In this document: positions 45,927-54,557 of the stretch, piece after piece
Layout: each line of letters starts with the position of its first letter
Position numbering within the stretch: the stretch's first letter is position 1
From: Candidatus Nomurabacteria bacterium
GTDB taxonomy: Bacteria > Patescibacteriota > Minisyncoccia > Phycocordibacterales > UBA9973
Reading direction: 5' to 3'
Length of the DNA: 57,057 nucleotides
Assembly: GCA_026396065.1 (NCBI GenBank)
Contig: JAPLXO010000010.1
Coordinates: 1 to 57,057 of the forward strand
Notes under the pieces: generated by a model
What the model saw: the letters and a program-made list of their open reading frames with translations, nothing else
Database searches by the model: none
What the model was told of the DNA's origin: nothing
Made by a program: the position numbers and the translations under genes

Positions 45927-46568
45927 ATGCGAAAAATTACAGAAATTTATAATGAATATAAAATTATGGACAATTTGCAATTGCACCAGTTGCGTGTGGC
46001 TGCTGTAGCAATGCAATTTTGTGATTCTCTGAAAATAGAAATAGATAAAAGAAGTGTTATTGCTGCATGTCTCATTCATGATATGGGGAATATTATTAAA
46101 TTTAAGCTTGGTTACTTTCCAGAATTTTTAGAACCAGAAGGTTTGGAATATTGGCAAAACGTGCAGAAAGAATATATTGAAAAATATGGTAAAGATGAAC
46201 ATCATGCTAATCTTGTAATTGCAAAAGAACTCGGAGTTAGTGATAAAATAATCAAATATATAAATGGTGTTGGTTTTCATTTTTGGTGTGACACAAAAGA
46301 TGGTAATAGTTTAGAAGAAAAAATATGCACCTATGCAGATACACGTATCTCTCCTCACTCTGTAGTTACTATAAAAGAACGCCTTGCTGATGGTTTGAAA
46401 CGATATAGTGATCTTGAAATAGATTTAGATCCAGAACGAGCAAAATTACGTAATTGTATTTTAGATATTGAAGATGAAATTTTTATTCATTCAAAAAACA
46501 AACCAGAAGATATTACTGAAGATTCTATTTCTGTTTATATTGAACAATTGAAAGAATTTTTGATATAG
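45927..46568 (+). CDS. HD-domain phosphohydrolase
   Basis: LIHDMGNI HD motif. TATAAT 45915-45920 lies 6 nt before the ATG. Confidence 0.7.
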   Translation: MRKITEIYNEYKIMDNLQLHQLRVAAVAMQFCDSLKIEIDKRSVIAACLIHDMGNIIKFKLGYFPEFLEPEGLEYWQNVQKEYIEKYGKDEHHANLVIAKELGVSDKIIKYINGVGFHFWCDTKDGNSLEEKICTYADTRISPHSVVTIKERLADGLKRYSDLEIDLDPERAKLRNCILDIEDEIFIHSKNKPEDITEDSISVYIEQLKEFLI

Positions 46569-46652
46569 TGCCATCCCTCTGAGGGTAGATAGTAGAGTTT
46601 AAGTAAGGTTAATTTAATTTGTCAAATTGTCTTTTATTTATTTTTGTGTTTT

Positions 46653-46683
46653 CTTGAAAAATTTCTTGCAGAAATTTTTCAAG
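46653..46683. promoter_or_regulatory. perfect 14-bp palindrome overlapping the -35 box of the sRNA promoter
   Basis: CTTGAAAAATTTCT (46653-46666), TGC, AGAAATTTTTCAAG (46670-46683). Confidence 0.6.
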
Positions 46684-46698
46684 GGAGTATACTTTAGG

Positions 46699-46866
46699 TA
46701 GGGTTATTTTCATTTATTACCTAGAACAATAATTTATGGGAGTTTCGATCGACTTGGACCTTGGTCCTTGAGCGTCTAACACCCACTTAGCTTAAGGCTA
46801 TGGTAATATATTGAGGATAGTCCTAAAAAGGATTCCGTCTCTTTGTTATAAGACGGATTTTTTTTT
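46699..46866 (+). ncRNA. candidate stand-alone small RNA (about 170 nt), class unknown
   Basis: Promoter is TTGCAG (46666-46671), 16 nt spacer, TATACT (46688-46693). Internal hairpins are TAGGTA/TACCTA and GGAC-CTTG-GTCC. The terminator TCCGTCT/AGACGGA is followed by T9 (46834-46866). No credible ORF. Confidence 0.5.
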
Positions 46867-46893
46867 ACAAACTAAATACTGTATACTTAGTCT

Positions 46894-47301
46894 ATGGTAG
46901 ATAGACAAAAACTTTCAAAAAACATGGCATACATGGTTTTTTTTATTTTAGCTATAAATTATATAGCTATTAAGCTGTATTTATATTGGTCTGTTTGGTA
47001 TTTTGATATGCCAATGCACTTTTTAGGAGGAGTTTTTGTGGGATTTTTAGCTATTTATTTATTTGATCCACTATCAAAAATTAAAATTTTTAAAATAAAT
47101 AATGGGTTTAGATTTTATATATTCTATATTTTTCTATTTACTTTTATTGTTGGTTTTGGTTGGGAAGTATTTGAAGTTATTTTTAAAAATATTCTTGCTG
47201 GAGAAAATTTCAACTTACTAGATACTATTTCAGATGTTTGTTTTGATATTTCCGGAGGATTCACCACTTTTATGTTTTTTATAAGGAAAAATCTGCTATA
47301 A
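46894..47301 (+). CDS. small integral membrane protein (possibly VanZ-like)
   Basis: 4 TM-like segments and LLDTISDVCFDISGG. TATACT 46882-46887 lies 6 nt before the ATG. Confidence 0.5.
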   Translation: MVDRQKLSKNMAYMVFFILAINYIAIKLYLYWSVWYFDMPMHFLGGVFVGFLAIYLFDPLSKIKIFKINNGFRFYIFYIFLFTFIVGFGWEVFEVIFKNILAGENFNLLDTISDVCFDISGGFTTFMFFIRKNLL

Positions 47302-47308
47302 TATATAT

Positions 47309-48694
47309 ATGTCTAAAAAATTAAAACTGACTTTTTGTACTGGCGTTGATACTGTTACTGGAGCTAATTTCTTATTAGAAGATGAAGAAAATAGTTTCAA
47401 GATTCTTGTTGACTGTGGTCTTGTACAAGGTGAAAGAACTGCAGATGAGCAAAATAATCAAAAATTTCTTTACGACCCATCTACTATTGATGCGCTTTTT
47501 ATAACTCATGCACATTTAGACCATATAGGTAGAATTCCTCGTCTTATTGATGCAGGGTTTAAAGGGAAAATTTATTCTACTCCGCCTACAAAAGATTTGG
47601 CAAAGTTTATGATAGAGGATGAAGCACATATACTTTCGCACAATAAACATACTGACCCAGCCATTACAAAAGAAATAATGAATATATACAGTGAGGAAAA
47701 TATTAATAAAATGATGGCAATGTGGGAGACTATTCCTTACCATCAAAATTTTAAATTTAAAGATTTAGATATTAATTTAAAAATTTCAGGACATGTACTC
47801 GGTTCTGCTTTGATTGAGATGATATATAACGGGAAGAAGATTGTGTTTACAGGGGATTTAGGTAATTCTCCTTCGCCAATATTGCCAGACTGTGAATTTA
47901 TTACAGATGCAGATTATTTAATAATGGAATCTGTATACGGAGATCGTAATCACGAAATGCGTGATCAAAGAAAAATATTACTCGAGCATACTATTCAAGA
48001 CAATATAAAAACACGAGGAACATTAATGATACCTACTTTTTCTTTAGAACGAACACAAGAATTACTTTATGAAATAAGTGATTTAATAGAAAAAGGACGT
48101 ATTCCTGTGGTTTCATTTTATCTAGATTCCCCATTAGGTATAAAATTAACAGAAGTTTTCAAAAAATATAGTGAATATTTTAATAAAGAAGCGTTAAATT
48201 TAGCAAAAACACATAAAGATATTTTTTCTTTTACTGGTTTGAAAGTGATTTCTGATGCAGAAGAATCAAAAAATATTTTACGTATGCCAAACCCAAAGAT
48301 AATTATTGCAGGTAGTGGAATGTCTTCTGGTGGACGTATTGTACACCATGAACACAATTATTTACCTGATCCAAATAATACTATCCTTCTTACTGGTTAC
48401 CAGTCTGTTGGCACTCTTGGTAGATATATTCAAGAAGGAGCAAACTCTGTACATATAAATGGTCAAGACGTTTTAGTGCGTGCTAAGATGGTTACGATTT
48501 CTGGATATTCAGGACATAAAGATTCAGATGCACTTTTAGAATTTGTAGAAAAAATGCAAGAAAATGTGAAAAAAATATTTGTTGTGATGGGCGAACCAAA
48601 ATCTAGTATGTTTTTAGTGCAAAAAATTAGAGATAATCTAGGACTAGATGCATACGCACCACAAAAAGATGAAGTTATATATTTAGAATGTTAA
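47309..48694 (+). CDS. beta-CASP family MBL-fold ribonuclease (CPSF/RNase J-like)
   Basis: VDCGL, HAHLDHIGRIP and later beta-CASP-style motifs. 461 aa. Confidence 0.8.
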   Translation: MSKKLKLTFCTGVDTVTGANFLLEDEENSFKILVDCGLVQGERTADEQNNQKFLYDPSTIDALFITHAHLDHIGRIPRLIDAGFKGKIYSTPPTKDLAKFMIEDEAHILSHNKHTDPAITKEIMNIYSEENINKMMAMWETIPYHQNFKFKDLDINLKISGHVLGSALIEMIYNGKKIVFTGDLGNSPSPILPDCEFITDADYLIMESVYGDRNHEMRDQRKILLEHTIQDNIKTRGTLMIPTFSLERTQELLYEISDLIEKGRIPVVSFYLDSPLGIKLTEVFKKYSEYFNKEALNLAKTHKDIFSFTGLKVISDAEESKNILRMPNPKIIIAGSGMSSGGRIVHHEHNYLPDPNNTILLTGYQSVGTLGRYIQEGANSVHINGQDVLVRAKMVTISGYSGHKDSDALLEFVEKMQENVKKIFVVMGEPKSSMFLVQKIRDNLGLDAYAPQKDEVIYLEC

Positions 48695-48718
48695 ATATAT
48701 TTGTGATATAATAAAATT

Positions 48719-49318
48719 ATGGATATAAACACAGTAAATGCTTACAATAAGCATGGACATCGTCAAATAAAAATTTGTGTTTCAGGTGCTGCAGAGACAG
48801 GACACTGTGGACCACATGCCCTTGATCAGGCTAAAATGCTAGGATCCGAAATAGTAAGGCAAGGAGGAATTTTAGTTACAGGTGCAACTACCGGTTTTCC
48901 TTTTTGGTCTGCAATGGGTGCAAAAGAAACTGGTGGAATTTCCATCGGTCTTTCACCAGCTTCTACAGAAAAAGAACATGAAGAAGTTTACAAGCTTCCT
49001 GTCGATTATATGGATTTGATTATTTATACAGGTTTTGGTTACCAAATGCGTGATATTTTACTTACTAGGTCTTCTGACGCTGTGATACTAGGTTGTGGAC
49101 GCATTGGTACTATTCATGAGTTCACCGTAGCTTTTGAAGACAATAAACCTATTGGAGTACTCGAAGGAGAATGGGAGACTAGTGCTGAAATTAAAGATAT
49201 TATTGAAAAGGGTCATAGGCCAAATCCAAAAATAGTCTTTGATAAAGACCCAAAAATTTTAGTTGAAAAAGTTATTGCTTTGGTTCAAAAAGACAAAGAA
49301 GCAGAATCTCAAATTTAA
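48719..49318 (+). CDS. LOG/TIGR00725-like Rossmann (SLOG) protein
   Basis: ICVSGAA...LGSEIVRQGGILVTGATTG...GAKETGGISIGLSP. Confidence 0.65.
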   Translation: MDINTVNAYNKHGHRQIKICVSGAAETGHCGPHALDQAKMLGSEIVRQGGILVTGATTGFPFWSAMGAKETGGISIGLSPASTEKEHEEVYKLPVDYMDLIIYTGFGYQMRDILLTRSSDAVILGCGRIGTIHEFTVAFEDNKPIGVLEGEWETSAEIKDIIEKGHRPNPKIVFDKDPKILVEKVIALVQKDKEAESQI

Positions 49319-49323
49319 ACAAA

Positions 49324-49356
49324 TCAAAAAATCCCTCAGATGAGGGATTTTTTGAT
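49324..49356. terminator. bidirectional terminator
   Basis: ATCCCTCA pairs with TGAGGGAT, flanked by A-runs and T-runs. Confidence 0.8.
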
Positions 49357-49359
49357 TTG

Positions 49360-49704
49360 TTATTTTACTGTTGCGAGGATTTTTGCGAAGATTTCTGGAT
49401 TGTTTTCTGCTAAGTCAGCTAGTATTTTACGATCAAGCATTATTTTCTTTTTAGCTAATGCACCAATCATTTTACTGTAAGACATTCCATTTACTCGGGA
49501 TTCCGCATTGATTTTAATATTCCAAAGCTTTCGGTTGTATGACTTCTTGTCTTTTCTGTGAGCGAAAGAATATGCTCCAGCGTGTAGAAGTGCGTCTTTT
49601 GCAGAACGCTCTTTTCTGTTACGCTCTTGGCGCATTCCTTTTGTTTGTTTCAAAACACTTCTTCTTCTTTTTAGAGCATGAACTCCTTTTTTAACTCTTG
49701 TCAT
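49360..49704 (-). CDS. rplT: 50S ribosomal protein L20
   Basis: MTRVKKGV.A.KRR...AY..R...KR..R.LWI.RINA. Confidence 0.94.
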   Translation of the reverse strand: MTRVKKGVHALKRRRSVLKQTKGMRQERNRKERSAKDALLHAGAYSFAHRKDKKSYNRKLWNIKINAESRVNGMSYSKMIGALAKKKIMLDRKILADLAENNPEIFAKILATVK

Positions 49705-49772
49705 TTTTGATTTTGCAAATCACGTAGCGTAAGTCCTTTCGGCGCGACGCAATTTAATTATTTTTATAATGT

Positions 49773-49958
49773 TTATGCATTTGGCATTAGGTGACTCATT
49801 GGTTTGTTTTTTATTGTAAAAGTTTGTCCTTTGCGTCCAGCGAGCTGGGAAGTTCGGGATTGTTTTGCATTAAAATGGTTGAAGCCTGGTTTACGTGAAA
49901 TGATTTTACCATTTTTTGTAACTTTTAATCTCTTTGAATATGATTTATTTGTTTTCAT
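49773..49958 (-). CDS. rpmI: 50S ribosomal protein L35
   Basis: MKTNKSYSKRLKVTKNGKI..RK.G..H. Confidence 0.9.
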   Translation of the reverse strand: MKTNKSYSKRLKVTKNGKIISRKPGFNHFNAKQSRTSQLAGRKGQTFTIKNKPMSHLMPNA

Positions 49959-49959
49959 T

Positions 49960-50499
49960 TTATTTATCTTTTTCTATTGTTATAGTTATTCCTTTTGGAC
50001 CTCTTTTGTATGAGTCGGACACTTTATAATTTTCAGTTATTAAATGTAAAACTCTATCTAATCTTTCTCTCAAGAACTTCTCATCCATGTATTTCGCTCT
50101 TCCTGAAAGGAAAAGTTCTACTTTGATGCGATGTCCTTCTTTAATCCATTTCGATGCAGTCTTGGCTTTGAGCTCTAAATCATGATCTCCTGTACCAATC
50201 TTTACCTGTATAGATTTCGTTTCACTTGGTTTTGCATTTGCTTTAGCTTTTTTAAGCTTTTTGCTTTGCTCGTATTGGTATTTACCGAAATCTGCAATTT
50301 TCGCGACCGGAGGATTGCCCTCTGGTGATATTTCAATCAAATCAAGGCCTTGATTTTGAGCAAGTTCCAGTGCGTCTTTAATACTTAAGACACCAATGTT
50401 CTTGTTTTCACTGTCTATAACCCTTAATTCTTTGGCTCGTATTTGATTGTTTATTCTTTCTCGCAATTTTGTTGGTAAAGCAATATCTGCTTTAGACAT
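49960..50499 (-). CDS. infC: translation initiation factor IF-3
   Basis: [15 protein letters not shown]...GV.S...AL..A...GLDL.EIS. Confidence 0.93.
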   Translation of the reverse strand: MSKADIALPTKLRERINNQIRAKELRVIDSENKNIGVLSIKDALELAQNQGLDLIEISPEGNPPVAKIADFGKYQYEQSKKLKKAKANAKPSETKSIQVKIGTGDHDLELKAKTASKWIKEGHRIKVELFLSGRAKYMDEKFLRERLDRVLHLITENYKVSDSYKRGPKGITITIEKDK

Positions 50500-50511
50500 T
50501 AGAATATTAGC

Positions 50512-51933
50512 TTATTGTTGGTCCAAAGTCAACCGGACTTGCTCTAATAGAGATTGTATTCTTTTTTCGTCTTTTGCTTCTCCGATCATACGCACTATTG
50601 GCTCTGTATTTGAGGGTCTTAAATGTACCCAAGAGTTGTCGGCAAAGTCAAAGCGTATGCCATCTAATGTGTCTATTTTTCCATCAGGAAATTTTTGTTT
50701 TAGTTTTTCGTAAACAATAGGCAAGTCGTGCTTTAGTCCTATTTTGTCTTTTTGTGTAAAATATTTTGGTAGTTCATTTACAATTTCTGAAATTTTTTTA
50801 TTTTCTGTTGCCATCAGTTCGAGAGTGAGGGCCATACCTACCAAGCTGTCGCGAGCAGGATTTATTCTTGGATATATTATTCCTCCACTACCTTCACCAC
50901 CGACAAGGGCATTTACTTCGAGCATTTTGTTCACAACATTTGGCTCACCGACTTTTGTGCGATATAGTTTTGTTTTGTATTCTGTTGCCAAGTCTTCACA
51001 TATTTTTGTCGTCGACATATTTACGACGACGTCTTTTATTGGCACTGATAAACGACTTTCTTTCATGAGAGCGCTTTTCACTCCAACTACAACTGTATAT
51101 TCTTCAAAAATTATTTCTCCTTTTTCATTTACCATCACCAAGCGATCGGCATCAGGATCTTGAGCGAAACCAATGTCAGCATTATTATCTTTCACTGCTT
51201 GTGCAATTTGTTCTAGATTTTGCACTGTCGGTTCGGGCATATGTGTAAATTCACCAGTTTGTTCTTTATTAATTTGAAAAACTTCACATCCCAAGCTTTC
51301 TAATAATTCTAATGTAATAATACTACCAGCACTATTTATAGGATCATGGGCGACTTTAAATTTTTTACTTTTTATTTTTTCAACATCAATATTTTTTAAA
51401 ATTTCATCAATATGTATTTTACGAAACTTTTGGTTGTCTATTTCTGACCCCATAGGATTATCCTGTGTGGTAAACCTCACCCCAACCTTCTCCTCTGAGG
51501 AGAGGGAGTCCTTATTTTTTATTATTTCTTCAATTTGGCTAGGCGTTAAAAAAAGGCCTTTGTCATTCATGAATTTTATCCCATTGTATTCTGGGGGATT
51601 GTGTGAAGCTGTGATCATTATGCCACCACTAAAACCAAGTTTTCTGATCAACAAAAGCATTGAAGGCGTCGGTATTATGCCTGCATATTCAAATTGTACC
51701 CCTTCTTTTTCACAGGCTTGTTTGAAAGCTGAAAACATCAAAGGCCCTGTCTTTCTTGCATCCCGGCCTATTAAAATTTTATGTTTCTGCTCCTCCCCAT
51801 TTGCCAAGGGGGAGGCTGGGAGGGGGTGCTTTTTTATAAGTTTTGCAAAAGCCAAACCAAATTCGTAAGCAATTTGCTCATTTAAATCTTTACCCCATAT
51901 TCCTCTATACCCCGAGACATTTAATTTTGCCAT
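50512..51933 (-). CDS. phosphoglucomutase/phosphomannomutase-family mutase
   Basis: ITASHNPPEYNGIKF active-site loop and FAQDPDADR metal loop. 473 aa, carrying two repeat-derived inserts. Confidence 0.88.
   Translation of the reverse strand: MAKLNVSGYRGIWGKDLNEQIAYEFGLAFAKLIKKHPLPASPLANGEEQKHKILIGRDARKTGPLMFSAFKQACEKEGVQFEYAGIIPTPSMLLLIRKLGFSGGIMITASHNPPEYNGIKFMNDKGLFLTPSQIEEIIKNKDSLSSEEKVGVRFTTQDNPMGSEIDNQKFRKIHIDEILKNIDVEKIKSKKFKVAHDPINSAGSIITLELLESLGCEVFQINKEQTGEFTHMPEPTVQNLEQIAQAVKDNNADIGFAQDPDADRLVMVNEKGEIIFEEYTVVVGVKSALMKESRLSVPIKDVVVNMSTTKICEDLATEYKTKLYRTKVGEPNVVNKMLEVNALVGGEGSGGIIYPRINPARDSLVGMALTLELMATENKKISEIVNELPKYFTQKDKIGLKHDLPIVYEKLKQKFPDGKIDTLDGIRFDFADNSWVHLRPSNTEPIVRMIGEAKDEKRIQSLLEQVRLTLDQQ
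51475..51506 (+). repeat. C-rich hairpin element, copy C (inside the mutase CDS, antisense to the gene)
   Basis: CCTCACCCCAACCTTCTCCTCTGAGGAGAGGG aligns with copy D. It is read on the minus strand as SLSSEEKVGVR. Confidence 0.7.
51790..51828 (-). repeat. C-rich hairpin element, copy B (in frame inside the mutase CDS)
   Basis: The reverse complement CACCCCCTCCCAGCCTCCCCCTTGGCAAATGGGGAGGAG encodes HPLPASPLANGEE, in the same frame and orientation as copy A. Confidence 0.8.
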
Positions 51934-51949
51934 ATTTTTATTTTAGCAT

Positions 51950-51990
51950 AAAAAAATCCCTTCACACTACATGTCGTAGCGTGAAGGGAT
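51950..51990 (-). terminator. rho-independent terminator (minus strand)
   Basis: ATCCCTTCAC (51956-51965) pairs with GTGAAGGGAT (51981-51990), with an inner CTAC/GTAG stem. The A6 on the plus strand gives a U-run on the minus strand. Confidence 0.8.
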
Positions 51991-52006
51991 TTTACTCGCA
52001 TAAATT

Positions 52007-52513
52007 CTAATTTGGAATTTGCGCGAAGATGATAGTGTCCAGAGGTATATTTGTTTCCTCTTTGAATACCTGTCCAAGGACTTCGATTTTGCCGTTGATG
52101 TGTACGACAATGTTGGCAGGACCGAAGGTGGTTTTGGTTTTCCGGGTGTGAATGAAAAACTTTCCTTTCCTTTTTGTTGTTGGTAACTTCATTGCAATCT
52201 TGCCTGCTGACTCAATTGAACAATGAACAAAACCTGTTTTTCTTAGCTGTTTCTGCATTGCACTCCATTTGATAGACTCGCTATCTGGTAGCAAGTCAGA
52301 AGCTTTAAAGTAAACAACGTGGTTTTCGTCCGGTATTTCCTTTACTGGATATTTGCCAGTATCGAAAATTTGATTTGCCGGTCCCACGACATTGATTCGC
52401 GGGTGACTTTTTACTGTTTGTGGAAATGGAGTTTTACCTTTATGGTCTCCATTCTTAATGTGCATTTCTCCCAGAATTGCTACATTCTTGAAAAGGTTTA
52501 GTTTTAACTTCAT
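52007..52513 (-). CDS. orphan 168-aa protein
   Basis: MKLKLNLFKNV... The ATG at 52513 lies inside track ORF ending at 52567, downstream of the minus-strand promoter. Confidence 0.5.
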   Translation of the reverse strand: MKLKLNLFKNVAILGEMHIKNGDHKGKTPFPQTVKSHPRINVVGPANQIFDTGKYPVKEIPDENHVVYFKASDLLPDSESIKWSAMQKQLRKTGFVHCSIESAGKIAMKLPTTKRKGKFFIHTRKTKTTFGPANIVVHINGKIEVLGQVFKEETNIPLDTIIFAQIPN

Positions 52514-52563
52514 TGTCTTACTTGTTTTTTTGTTTATTTTTTTATTGTGAACTATATCTGAAC

Positions 52564-52592
52564 ACATTAAGATAAATAAGGTAAAAAGTCAA
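52564..52592 (-). promoter_or_regulatory. sigma70-type promoter (minus strand)
   Basis: Reverse complement reads TTGACT (52587-52592), 17 nt spacer, TAATGT (52564-52569). Confidence 0.55.
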
Positions 52593-52617
52593 ACAAAATT
52601 ATTTATTTTTATCTAAC

Positions 52618-52686
52618 CGTTTTGCCTGCCCGCCTTGGCTATCTAGCCGGCGGGATTCTTCAAGCGCGAGTTTGAAAACGTTTTTT
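52618..52686. repeat. GC-rich structured element G1
   Basis: Outer stem CGTTTT/AAAACG. Inner hairpin CCCGCC-TT-GGCTA..TAGCC-GGCGGG (52629-52654). It shares TGCCCGCC and GGCGGGATT strings with G2 and G3. Confidence 0.5.
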
Positions 52687-52713
52687 AGTAGATTAAAGGT
52701 ATACTGAAAGTTC

Positions 52714-52742
52714 TTGACTTTTTATGATAAAGGTGCTATACT
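52714..52742 (+). promoter_or_regulatory. sigma70-type promoter
   Basis: TTGACT (52714-52719), 17 nt spacer, TATACT (52737-52742). Confidence 0.6.
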
Positions 52743-52786
52743 TGCTACAGTAAAAGTTGTTTGAAAATAGGTTTTTGTTGAGGATT

Positions 52787-52830
52787 TTTGTGTTTTCTTT
52801 GCTTCTTTAAGGAGGTAGAGAAAACACAAA
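52787..52830 (+). promoter_or_regulatory. long 5'-UTR hairpin
   Basis: TTTGTGTTTTCT (52787-52798) pairs with AGAAAACACAAA (52819-52830), a perfect 12-bp stem. The loop contains AAGGAGG. Confidence 0.7.
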
Positions 52831-52863
52831 TAATACTTAATATAAACTAATAAATAATCGAAA

Positions 52864-53718
52864 ATGAAAAATCAAATTATTACAACAACAACGCCTCTAT
52901 TACCACTTGGTTTAATACCAAACCAGAGTAGTTTGAGTGAAATGGCAAAAAAACTTGGTATTCCAGATATTAAAAACGTTCAGAACAATGAGTACAAAAA
53001 TGTAATCCTCGCAGGAAGACCGATTCCTATCAATTTTAACCAGCAGGCAAAAAGTGAGAGGTCTCCGGAAGGTGTGCCATCTATTGAAAACCTAACTTCT
53101 ACCTTATGGCTTGAAGAAAATTACTATCACCTAATGTTCAAGAACATTTACTGTGATGATTTATTTAGGTCTTTAGGTAAAGATGTCATTGATGGGGTCT
53201 TAGTGAGTGATGTCTCATTGAAATCAGAAAATGGTAATGTCTTTCTTTTTGCGACAAAGTTTGTTGACTACACGCAGGTCCTACAGTTTGTCTCTACATC
53301 AAGTGGCAGTTTCAGTGTTGGTAGTAATAAAGTAGTTAGCTTCGACAATGGCACAGTTAATTTTGAAAAGTCAGTAAACATAAATGAATTGACCGGAATC
53401 GGAAAAATACTGACCATAATCAAAAAAATCAACTTTCAAAAACACTTCAGTAGCCCTGGTGAAATGTCTGCGGAAGAAGGAAGTGGTTTTGATATGCTGG
53501 AAGGAGGTAATTATTCCAAAGCAAGACGCCTTTTTGCAGAGTATCTGCAAAATGATCTTATTGCTGCTATTTTGAAATATTCTAGCGAGAGTTTGAATAT
53601 CGTCAAAGGTTTCACTTGTAGTTTCGTTAAAATGAATACCAAGATAAGTGATAGTGGTATTAGTATTGGTACGAGCTCTACAGGTACAATTCAAATGGCT
53701 TTCTCCTTGCTTATATAA
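52864..53718 (+). CDS. orphan 284-aa protein
   Basis: ORF with its own promoter, leader hairpin and terminator. Confidence 0.55.
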   Translation: MKNQIITTTTPLLPLGLIPNQSSLSEMAKKLGIPDIKNVQNNEYKNVILAGRPIPINFNQQAKSERSPEGVPSIENLTSTLWLEENYYHLMFKNIYCDDLFRSLGKDVIDGVLVSDVSLKSENGNVFLFATKFVDYTQVLQFVSTSSGSFSVGSNKVVSFDNGTVNFEKSVNINELTGIGKILTIIKKINFQKHFSSPGEMSAEEGSGFDMLEGGNYSKARRLFAEYLQNDLIAAILKYSSESLNIVKGFTCSFVKMNTKISDSGISIGTSSTGTIQMAFSLLI

Positions 53719-53741
53719 AAGTAAGGAATTAAATCATTAAA

Positions 53742-53777
53742 AAGCTTCTCTATATTATTTAGAGGAGCTTTTTATTT
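53742..53777 (+). terminator. rho-independent terminator
   Basis: AAGCTTCTCT pairs with AGAGGAGCTT (10 bp with one G-U), followed by TTTT. Confidence 0.75.
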
Positions 53778-53801
53778 TTGCCTTTGATACAATATGGATA
53801 C

Positions 53802-54395
53802 ATGAATTTTAAAATAATAATCAGTGTCATAGCTGTCATTCTTTCATTTGTCGGTTATGGTGTATATATTCGCGACATTATAAGAAGAAAAACTGTTCCG
53901 CATACATTTACTTTTCTTGTTTGGAGTATCGCGAGTTCAGTTACCTGGGCGCTCCAAGTACATGGGGGAGCGGGCGTCGGCTCCTGGGTCACTCTTTCAG
54001 TATCTTTGATATGTATTTTTATATTTCTTTTGTCTTTAAGGTATGGAGAAAAACAAATTACTTTTTTTGATGTATTATTCCTACTATTAGCATTGTTCGC
54101 ACTATTTCTTTGGCTTGTAATAAAACAGCCAGTTTGGTCAGTAATACTTTTAGTCTTGATTGATGTATTAGGCTTTGCTCCTACAGTAAGAAAGTCGTGG
54201 AACAAACCGTATGAAGAAGGTTTGTTTACTTGGGAAATAACTGCGTTTAGGCATGGCTTAAGCATTCTTGCATTAGAGAAATTTAATATTTTAACAATGC
54301 TTTATCCAGTAGTGTGGACGATTGCGAATGCTGCCTTTAGCCTCTTTTTAATTGTTAGAAGAAAAAAGATTCCACTTGAAAAAACTTCTGAATAA
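53802..54395 (+). CDS. polytopic membrane protein (unknown family)
   Basis: 6-7 TM-like segments. The ATG at 53802 lies inside track ORF 53778. Confidence 0.6.
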   Translation: MNFKIIISVIAVILSFVGYGVYIRDIIRRKTVPHTFTFLVWSIASSVTWALQVHGGAGVGSWVTLSVSLICIFIFLLSLRYGEKQITFFDVLFLLLALFALFLWLVIKQPVWSVILLVLIDVLGFAPTVRKSWNKPYEEGLFTWEITAFRHGLSILALEKFNILTMLYPVVWTIANAAFSLFLIVRRKKIPLEKTSE

Positions 54396-54400
54396 ATAAC

Positions 54401-54429
54401 TTGACAAATTGGCTTTAAAGGTATATAAT
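54401..54429 (+). promoter_or_regulatory. sigma70-type promoter
   Basis: TTGACA (54401-54406), 17 nt spacer, TATAAT (54424-54429). Confidence 0.65.
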
Positions 54430-54557
54430 TTAACTGTATCTAATTAAGGATTTTATCTTTAATTGTGAAAAGGGTATAATACAAATATAAGTAAATGTGG
54501 AAATTATATATAACTTAGTCCAATTTATATATTATTATTAATTTTAAAATAAATTTT

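Noticed and set aside
46811-46830. GAGGATAGTCC, which resembles the RNase P RNA GAGGAAAGUCC P4 string.
   Set aside because: It is followed within 20 nt by a terminator, and there is no room for a ~350-nt RNase P RNA in this gap.
46699-46893. Riboswitch or leader for the downstream membrane-protein gene.
   Set aside because: There is no match to fluoride, guanidine, preQ1, TPP, SAM or ZTP consensus features I know. The downstream gene also has its own -10 box 6 nt before its ATG, after the terminator.
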